Part shown: piece after piece, positions 18,964 through 27,300 of the stretch
Layout of the letters: the number at the start of each line of letters is the position of its first letter
How positions within the stretch are numbered: position 1 is the stretch's first letter
From: a virus
IMG/VR virus record: IMGVR_UViG_3300021092_000008
Reading direction: 5' to 3' (one strand)
DNA length: 64,000 nucleotides
The notes under the pieces: model-generated
Told to the model about the DNA's origin: nothing
Database searches by the model: none
The model's input: the letters and a program-made list of their open reading frames with translations, nothing else
Position numbers and translations under genes: made by a program

Positions 18964-20625
18964 ATGGCTCAAGTTAATTTTGATACAACCTATAATAGTG
19001 CTGGTGCCAGCGTAAATGTAACAATACCAGTAAACGCTGTTAATATTCAATTAACAGTTCAAGGTGGTGAAGGTGGAAATGGAGGTACTGATGGTGGTCC
19101 CCCTGCGGGGAATGGGAAACCAGGGGGTGGTGCCAGAGTTGGTGTCTTTACTTTACCAGATTATACTACTAGAAATTTAAATCTTCTACCTGGCGGTGCA
19201 GGTCAAGCAAGACCTGCTCAATGTGGAGGATGTAGCTCGACAGGCGGCGCTAGTAATATTAATGCCAAGGGTGGCAATAGTGGTGTTACTGGCGGCACTG
19301 GAAGTTCTGGCGCTGGTGGTGGTGGAGGCGCTGCTAGTGTAGTTTTTGATTCCTTGTCGAATAGTTATATAATTGTTGCTGCTGGTGGAGGCGGTGGCGG
19401 TGGTGGCGGTATGGGATGTACTGCTGGATCGGGTGGGTCCGCTGGCGGCACTTTTACTGCAACAACTGGAACATTATCTATTGCTCCTGGTGGCGGTGGT
19501 GGTAATGCTGCGGCTGGTGATGGTGGATCTGGCGGCGGCGGTGGAGCTGGAACTAGTGGTGGCGGCGGAGGGCAAGGTGGTGGTGATTTTTGTAACCCTC
19601 GTTCAACTAGTGGCGGCGGCGGTGGCTCTAGTGGATATCGTAGTAATGTCACCACATTAACTTCTCAAAGTAATACTGCTGGTGCTGGTAATACAACAGG
19701 ATATATTAGGTTAAAGTATACTGCTATTACACCAGAATTAAATACTTTTTTTGCCAATCCAAATCCCCAAACTAGTGGCGTTGCTGGCGTTCCTAGTAAT
19801 ACCATTACTCTAACTTGGGATACAACAGATGCAACAAAAGTTCAAATATTAGAAGGATCTACTGGATCTACATTTGTATTATACGATAACTTAAATCCAG
19901 ACGGTAATGTTACTTTCAGTACAGGACTTCAATCTGTTGCTGGTTCCGTTTCTCCTGCTCAAAAAATTTATAGATTAAGACTTTTTGCTAATAGTTTTAG
20001 CGTGACAACAGCTCCAATAACAGTATCTGTATATAATGATAATTCACCTAGTAGTTTTAGTATACCATCTACAACCACAAGTGGAATTTCTTTAAGTAGT
20101 TTAGAATCAGGAGTTCAATATCAAGTTCAAGTTGGACCAATAACAGGAATTGATATGATAACAAAAGTAGAAAGTAGTTCTCCTGGTGTAGATTTTTCTA
20201 CTAATCAATCTAATTGGAGTAATCCAATTTATATAACAAATAGTCAACCAGTTTATTTTAGATTTACGTCATTACCTTTCAATACTAGTCAATCTGGACT
20301 TACAAATCAAAAAACAATTAATTATACAGTGGGAACTACTAGTGGTAGTTTTAATGTCACAACAAGAGCACCAAATATAAATGAAAAATTTGATTTTGGC
20401 AATAGTGAAGTAAATTATCCATATCCAGATATTGACCAAGTAACTAATACTCCAACTCAATATATAGTTAGTCCAACAACTGTGACAATCGGCAATGAAG
20501 TCGGACCTTCTGGAGATGCTGAAATACCAGTTGAAGTAAAAGTAAATAATCAAAATGTTGAAGTAAGAATAAAACCACAAGGGACTTCTACATTTGGAAG
20601 CTGGCAAAATGTGAGGAGTATATAA
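18964..20625 (+). CDS. virion adhesin paralog 2, polyglycine head
   Basis: Gly-rich runs (IIVAAGGGGGGGG) plus shared C-terminal stalk. Confidence 0.8.
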   Translation: MAQVNFDTTYNSAGASVNVTIPVNAVNIQLTVQGGEGGNGGTDGGPPAGNGKPGGGARVGVFTLPDYTTRNLNLLPGGAGQARPAQCGGCSSTGGASNINAKGGNSGVTGGTGSSGAGGGGGAASVVFDSLSNSYIIVAAGGGGGGGGGMGCTAGSGGSAGGTFTATTGTLSIAPGGGGGNAAAGDGGSGGGGGAGTSGGGGGQGGGDFCNPRSTSGGGGGSSGYRSNVTTLTSQSNTAGAGNTTGYIRLKYTAITPELNTFFANPNPQTSGVAGVPSNTITLTWDTTDATKVQILEGSTGSTFVLYDNLNPDGNVTFSTGLQSVAGSVSPAQKIYRLRLFANSFSVTTAPITVSVYNDNSPSSFSIPSTTTSGISLSSLESGVQYQVQVGPITGIDMITKVESSSPGVDFSTNQSNWSNPIYITNSQPVYFRFTSLPFNTSQSGLTNQKTINYTVGTTSGSFNVTTRAPNINEKFDFGNSEVNYPYPDIDQVTNTPTQYIVSPTTVTIGNEVGPSGDAEIPVEVKVNNQNVEVRIKPQGTSTFGSWQNVRSI

Positions 20626-22295
20626 TGGCTTCTACTGTTGTTACCAATACATATACTTCTAATACTAGTATTAACATACCATCTGATGCTGGAAATGTTA
20701 CTGTAGCAATTGTTGGTGCTAGAGGTGCTAGAGGAGGAAATGATGCTTCACAGCCAGGTGGTAATAGGGGAGATGGTAGAACAGGAACTTTTATTCTATC
20801 TAATTTTACTGCTAGAGATTTAACATTTAGTATTGGGGCTGCTCCAACCACAAATGGTCCATCTAATTGTGCTAATTGTAGAGGAATTTTTGGTATTGGT
20901 CTTGTAAATGGTGGATTTGGTGGACGCAGTGGGGGCAGTGGATCATCTGGTGGTGGCGGCGGCGGTGGTGGCGCCACTGGTGTCTATGACAGTGTTGCTA
21001 ATAAATGGATTATAGTCGCAGGTGGTGGCGGCGGTGGCGGTGGTGCTAGTCATCCTAGGTTGCCTGGGTTTGAAGGTAATGATGGTAGTAGTTGGAATAC
21101 TGGTTTGATTGATAGTCTTATTGGAGCTGGATTAAATGGTGTAACTCAGGGCGGCGATGGAGGCGGTGGAGGCGGTGGCGGCGGGGGCGCTGGCGGAGGC
21201 GCTGGTGGAAATTCTGGTAGAGACCATCCACCACCTGGGTTTAATACTGGTGGGAGGAATGCTGAAGGCGGGATGGGGGGAACTAGTAGATATGATTCGT
21301 CTTATGCTACACTTGTAAATGGATCTTCTAGTTTAAATACATCTGAGGCGAGTCCTAATGGATCTGTCGGGGTTTCGTATACATTATATACACCAGAAAT
21401 AGTAAGTTTTATTGCCAATCCAAATCCTCAAAATAGCGGTAATGCTGGAGTTCCACAAGATACTACTACTTTACAATGGAATTGTAAAGATGGAAATTTG
21501 TTGGAAATATATAAATTAGATCCTCTACCAAGTCTTATTTATACTGATAGTACTAGTAGTATCTTTGAGCAAACTACTGGAACTCTCAACGTTGACACTA
21601 ATCTCCAATCTGTTGCTGGTACTAATTCTCCAGCAACAATCACCTATACTTTAAAGTTTTATGCTGGAAATGTTTCGACAACACAAAATCTTACTATTTC
21701 AGTTAGAAATGACAACACACCAAATGATTTTAATTTACCGTCAACTACAACATCTGGCGTAAATATTAATAATTTAGAACCTAATACACAATACCAAATT
21801 CAATCCCCACCCATTACTGGAATTGATATGATAACATCAGTAGTAACAACTAGTGCTGGATTAGAAGTTTCTACTAATGGTTCAAATTGGTCTTCGGTGG
21901 CTTACATTAGTAATAGTCAAACTTTTTTCTTGAGATTTACTTCTCAACCATTTAATAGCGATCCTAATGGAGCAATTAATTCTAGAACATATAATTATAC
22001 TGTAGGAACATTATCTAAATCATTTACAATATCTACTAGAGCACCAGACGTTAGTGAAATATTTGATTTTGGTGACAGTTCAGTAAATTATCCATATCCA
22101 GATATTGATCAAATAACTAACACACCATCTCAATATATGACTAGTCCAACAGTAGTTGTTATGGGAGATTCTGGTACACCACCAGATGCTGAAATTCCTG
22201 TAGAGATAAAAGTAAATAATCCAAATGTTCAAATTAGAATAAAACCACAAGGAAGTGCTGTATTTGGCAATTGGCAGACACCTAGGAGCACATAA
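20625..22295 (+). CDS. virion adhesin paralog 3, polyglycine head
   Basis: Gly-rich head plus shared C-terminal stalk. Confidence 0.8.
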   Translation: MASTVVTNTYTSNTSINIPSDAGNVTVAIVGARGARGGNDASQPGGNRGDGRTGTFILSNFTARDLTFSIGAAPTTNGPSNCANCRGIFGIGLVNGGFGGRSGGSGSSGGGGGGGGATGVYDSVANKWIIVAGGGGGGGGASHPRLPGFEGNDGSSWNTGLIDSLIGAGLNGVTQGGDGGGGGGGGGGAGGGAGGNSGRDHPPPGFNTGGRNAEGGMGGTSRYDSSYATLVNGSSSLNTSEASPNGSVGVSYTLYTPEIVSFIANPNPQNSGNAGVPQDTTTLQWNCKDGNLLEIYKLDPLPSLIYTDSTSSIFEQTTGTLNVDTNLQSVAGTNSPATITYTLKFYAGNVSTTQNLTISVRNDNTPNDFNLPSTTTSGVNINNLEPNTQYQIQSPPITGIDMITSVVTTSAGLEVSTNGSNWSSVAYISNSQTFFLRFTSQPFNSDPNGAINSRTYNYTVGTLSKSFTISTRAPDVSEIFDFGDSSVNYPYPDIDQITNTPSQYMTSPTVVVMGDSGTPPDAEIPVEIKVNNPNVQIRIKPQGSAVFGNWQTPRST

Positions 22296-23754
22296 GGAGA
22301 TAAAATATGCCAACAAATGACTACACTAGTCCAGGAAATTATAGTTTTCAAACTCCATTTGCCACTAAAAATGTCACAGCTACTTGTATTGGCGGGGGCG
22401 GATCTGGTTATAAGGACGAGACCGCCGATGACAGGGGAGGAGGAGGCGGCGGCGGTGGATTTGCTAGATCCACTAGAACTGTTGGTGCTGGGATTACATT
22501 TTTAATTACTGTTGGAAGAGGGGGTCAGCGATTAGGAAATAATACCCGTACTGGTGGAGATGGTCAAGCTAGTATTTGCCGTGCAACTACGGGTATTCTG
22601 ATTGTAGTTGCCGACGGTGGTGAAGCTGGGTTTGATGATAATGGTGGCGGACAGGCTGGAGATGGAACTACTGGTGATATTCAAACATCTGGTCAAAATG
22701 GTGAAGATGACGATGATGGTGGTAAAGGTGGTGGAGCTGGAAATCAAAATGGAAATTCTGGTAGATGTAATTCACCTAGAGCTGGTGGTCGAGGAACTGC
22801 TTTAGATGGATCTGCTGCTGGTGGATCTTGTACTGGTGACCGAGATGGTGGTACATATGGCGGAGGTGGCGGGGGAAATAATAGTGGTTTTGGTGGAGTT
22901 GGTGCAGATGGAGCTGTTAGAATACAATGGGATTATTATGCTCCTGTAATTACGTCATTTACTGGTAGTACACAAACTAGTATTAGTGGAACTCCTAGCG
23001 ATACTGTTTCACTATCTTGGGCAACACAATATGCTAATAGTATTTCTATTAATAATGGTGTTGGATCTGTAATTGGAATTGGAAGCAGTGGCATCATTAA
23101 TATTGATAGTAATTTACAATCTGTTGCTGGAAGCAACAGCCCAGCATCTAAAACTTATACAATGACTGCTAGTGGTCCTGGAGGAACTGTTACTGCTAAT
23201 GCTACTGTTTTTGTTTTTAATGACAACACACCAAATGATTTTAATTTACCGTCAACTACAACATCTGGCGTAAATATTAATAATTTACAACCTAATACAC
23301 AATACCAAATTCAATCCCCATCCATTACTGGAATTGATATGTTAACATCTGTTATTTGCCCTGCTGGACTGGAGGTATCAACTAATCAATCTAATTGGGC
23401 TTCATTTATTTACATTACTAATGGTCAATCCATATTTTTTAGATTTACTTCTCAACCATTCAACACCGATCCTAATGGAGCAATTAATTCTAGAACATAT
23501 AATTATACTGTAGGAACATTATCTAAATCATTTTCGATATCTACTAGAGCACCTGATGTAGGAGAATTGTTTGATTTTGGTGACAGTTCAGTAAATTATC
23601 CATATCCAGATATTGATCAAATAACTAATACTCCAACTCAATATATAGTTAGTCCAACAACAGTTGTTATGGCAGATTCTGGTACACCACCAGATGCTGA
23701 AATTCCTGTAGAGATAAAAGTAAATAATCCAAATGTTCAAATTAGAATAAAACC
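21708..23754 (+). repeat. near-identical direct repeats between adhesin paralogs 3 and 4
   Basis: 21708-21830 vs 23219-23341 (2 mismatches seen); 21933-22246 vs 23441-23754 (highly similar). Confidence 0.9.
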
Positions 23755-23803
23755 TTCTGGAAATGCTACGTTTGGCAGTTGGCAAAGCGTTCGTCAAATT
23801 TAA
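22307..23803 (+). CDS. virion adhesin paralog 4, polyglycine head
   Basis: AGGAG RBS; CIGGGGSG...GGGGGGGF head plus shared stalk. Confidence 0.8.
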   Translation: MPTNDYTSPGNYSFQTPFATKNVTATCIGGGGSGYKDETADDRGGGGGGGGFARSTRTVGAGITFLITVGRGGQRLGNNTRTGGDGQASICRATTGILIVVADGGEAGFDDNGGGQAGDGTTGDIQTSGQNGEDDDDGGKGGGAGNQNGNSGRCNSPRAGGRGTALDGSAAGGSCTGDRDGGTYGGGGGGNNSGFGGVGADGAVRIQWDYYAPVITSFTGSTQTSISGTPSDTVSLSWATQYANSISINNGVGSVIGIGSSGIINIDSNLQSVAGSNSPASKTYTMTASGPGGTVTANATVFVFNDNTPNDFNLPSTTTSGVNINNLQPNTQYQIQSPSITGIDMLTSVICPAGLEVSTNQSNWASFIYITNGQSIFFRFTSQPFNTDPNGAINSRTYNYTVGTLSKSFSISTRAPDVGELFDFGDSSVNYPYPDIDQITNTPTQYIVSPTTVVMADSGTPPDAEIPVEIKVNNPNVQIRIKPSGNATFGSWQSVRQI

Positions 23804-23809
23804 TAAATA
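23802..23809 (+). promoter_or_regulatory. late promoter
   Basis: AATAAATA. Confidence 0.55.
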
Positions 23810-23821
23810 GTTCAAAAAATT

Positions 23822-24121
23822 ATGAATATTCAGACTATAAAATATACAAGTCATATAATTTTTTCCGCCATAAATTGCTGTGTAGATGTTTATACAACAG
23901 AAGAAACATTTTCTGTAGAAGATGATGTTGTTAAAACTCTTAATACGCTTACTGTAGGAAAAAAATATTCAAGACCTGGGAAAAGTTTAACAACAGATAT
24001 TAATGGTAATGTTGTTGAGGTAGAGATACCAGAACAAGATATTTCTGGTGAAGATGAATTCACTCAGAAAATGATTAGATTTTATTGGGATACTTATAAG
24101 GGAGATTTAAAATATGATTGA
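23822..24121 (+). CDS. hypothetical protein (possible fibre assembly factor)
   Basis: ORF within the fibre block. Confidence 0.65.
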   Translation: MNIQTIKYTSHIIFSAINCCVDVYTTEETFSVEDDVVKTLNTLTVGKKYSRPGKSLTTDINGNVVEVEIPEQDISGEDEFTQKMIRFYWDTYKGDLKYD

Positions 24122-24293
24122 TTTTATAGACGATAACAATTTATCAATTGATGATGATTACTATCAATCCGCTATTGTTAAGATGAAACACCTAAAAAAG
24201 AAAGAGCAGGCAGAAATTAAAGCTTCTGAACCAATTCAAGTTAGAATTAATGGCGGTGAATGGATCGATGTAAGGTCTATTGAAGAAGCATAA
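24114..24293 (+). CDS. 59-aa mini-protein carrying the adhesin C-terminal motif
   Basis: GGAG RBS; ends EIKASEPIQVRINGGEWIDVRSIEEA, similar to EVKVNNQNVEVRIKP...GSWQNVRSI. Confidence 0.65.
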   Translation: MIDFIDDNNLSIDDDYYQSAIVKMKHLKKKEQAEIKASEPIQVRINGGEWIDVRSIEEA

Positions 24294-24296
24294 ATA
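24289..24296 (+). promoter_or_regulatory. late promoter
   Basis: CATAAATA before ORF 24322. Confidence 0.6.
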
Positions 24297-24321
24297 TTAA
24301 AAAGTGTAGTGATTACTGTAA

Positions 24322-27300
24322 ATGCCATTTAGTAGTACGCCAGTATATGTTGGTGCTGGAGATCAAATAGAACTTAGATATCCTACGCCATCAACATGGA
24401 ATACGACTGTAAATATTCAGGTACAAATTGGTACTGGGGTTGATCCTACTGGGATTACGTTAGGAACTAGAGCGCCAGATTCTCAACCAACAACATTTAG
24501 TTTTACTGATAACTCAGGATCAATTAATGCTGCTGCTACTACTCCTGGTGAGTTTACTAGCACATTTCAAAAAAATACCACATATTATTCTAATCCTATC
24601 ACAGTAAGTGGGTTAGAATTAAGAGTACCTATTTCTTTTTCTACTTCTGGTTCTGGACCAAAAGGGACATATCCAAATCTCTCAAACGCTGGATTTTCTA
24701 TTAATGGTGGACCATATATCACAACTTCTACACAGTCTGTAGTCGTTACTGGTAATATTATTAATGGAAGCACAACTATCACTAATGTTTCTAATGCCGC
24801 TAGTTTAGTTGTCGGTAGATATATTTCTAGTACTAATATTTCTGGAGAAATTTTAAACATTAGTGGTACAAGTGTTACTGTAACGAATCCAGCAACTGCA
24901 ACATCATCTGGAGTATCACTAACTCAGTATTATACTGTCACTAATAATGATACTGTTAGATTAAGAATACGAACAGAAAATTGGTACACCACAAATAGCA
25001 ATGTAACACTAACTATTTCTGATAATTATTGGGGTGCTGGTAATGCTGTTTCCGACACATGGAGTATTACAACTAGGGAACAATTACAAGCAATAACAAC
25101 ATTAAATACTGGAAGCGGTACTGGTACATTTATCGATTATGTTGATGTTGATGCTACAGAATTTGGAACTTATAAAACAGCTAATATTTTAATATCAGGA
25201 ATTGATAATGATGTTGTTTTAAGAGCTACTTGTACAGGGGATGGTCAAATATCAAAAAATGGTACATCTTGGTCACAATCTCTAACTCAATTAAAGTTAG
25301 GAGACACATTATTTACTAGATTATTGGTTGGAAATGGATATACAACAAAAACCACAGGATCTTTTTCTGTTTTTGCTGTAGGTGGAGAAACTGCTACAAT
25401 TAATTCACAGAGTTATGAAAATAATAATGCTGGTACATATGGATCTGGATCTTTTGCTAGAACTCAAACAATAGGTTCAAAACAAGATGATTGGCAGGTA
25501 TGGACTGAGGTTGATAGATATCCTACTGGAGTAAACTTTGCTCCAATTTATATAAATACCGATTCTTTACCATTATCATCCGTAACTTCTGGTGGGTCTG
25601 GATATGTATTAAACAGTATATATACAACAACAAATACTACTACTCCATCTGCTACTGGATTAACAGTTAAAGTTGCACAAGTTTCTGTAACAGGTGCTAT
25701 TGAAGCGGTTCAAATTGTTGAGAGAGGAACTGGACCATATTCAATTGATGATATTTTAACAGTAAATGGTGGAACTGTTAATGGTCAAGTAAGATTAATA
25801 CAATACAGACTTGTAAATGTTTCTACAACATCAACTTTAAATAATGCTGAAGTTGGATTAACGTATTATTCTGATATTGCTATCAGTGGATTGGGTACAG
25901 AATATACAACTGGAGCATATAGTAATCTAGAAGAACCATTAATAACTAAAACACCTTCATATACTTTACCGTTCACAGTGCCTGCTGATCTTAGTGGTCA
26001 GCCTGTAAGTATTGGGTGTACTGTATCTCAAGGTGATGGATTAATCAGAAAAAATGGGACTGGTGTTTGGGGAACATCAGTAGTTGTTAAAAATGGTGAT
26101 ATAGTAACTATTAAACAAACTTCTTCTACAAGCTACAACACTACAAAAACTAGTACTATTAGATTACAAGGTCCTCCTAATGGAAATCCTACTGGTGCTA
26201 CAATTACCAACCCAACTGCTGGACCAAATCCACCTTCATTTGTAGATAAAGAAGCTACTATTACAATAAAAACTAGATCTGCTAGAACAAATCCATATCC
26301 TTTTAGAGCTCAACACGTTTATCAAACAGAGTTAGGTACACAATATGTGAGAACTGTTCCTATTAGTGGATTAGATTTGGATACAACTGCTACTATTGTA
26401 TCACAAACACCTGGATCTAATGCTCAAATTAGTGTAGATGGAATTAATTATTTTACAACTATTTCTATTGTACCTGCCAGTACAACTACTTTGTATATAA
26501 GAGCAACTTCTGCTACCGCTTTTGCTACTACTCAAACAATTGTATATCAGTGTGGAACTACACAAGATACTTTTAGAATAACCACGAAGAGGAATCAATA
26601 CACATACAATACATTTTCACCAGCAAATACTTTTTATGAATATGTAATACCACAATGGGCTGATACCATTGACTTTGTTTTAGTTGGAGGCGGTGGCGGT
26701 AATGGTGGAGATGATTATCCAAACAGTTTCGGTGGCAGGGGTGGAAATGGAAATGTGATGGTCGGATCTATAAATGTTGCTGCTATACCATGGACAGATC
26801 CTATCAACAAAGCAATTAAAATATTTGCTCCTCAAAGAGGTAATAATGGTGTAAATTTCTCTAAATCATCTGCTGGAGGAACTGGTGGTTTTGGATATGC
26901 TACTGGTGGTAATGGTGGCGCTACAGCATCTGGTGAATACTCTGGATCTGGTGGAGGTGGCGGCGGTGCCGCTGCTATAACACTTGCTGATGGAACTTTG
27001 ATTGCTTTAGCTGGCGGTGGTGCTGGTGGAGGTGGTGCTGGTGATGATACTGTTATTCAAAAATTAACACAAAATGGTAATTATGCTGGTAATGGTCCAA
27101 ATGCAATTGACAGTTTGGTTGGTTTAAATCTAACGGGGTCGGCAGGAACTAGTGCTAGTTTATCTGGTGGCGGCGGCGGAGGTGGCGGTGGTGGATTTGG
27201 CACGGGTGGATCCACTAATGCTTCTTTAGTTGATGAATTTGGTGGGACACTTGCTACGGTTGATTTAGACGCTAATGGTGGTATTGGCGGAGGATCTTAT

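Noticed and set aside
21708-23754. Diversity-generating retroelement or invertase shufflon in the adhesin array
   Set aside because: The mismatches seen (G/C, C/T) are not adenine-specific, the repeats are direct and in conserved stalks, and no reverse transcriptase or invertase is in the window.
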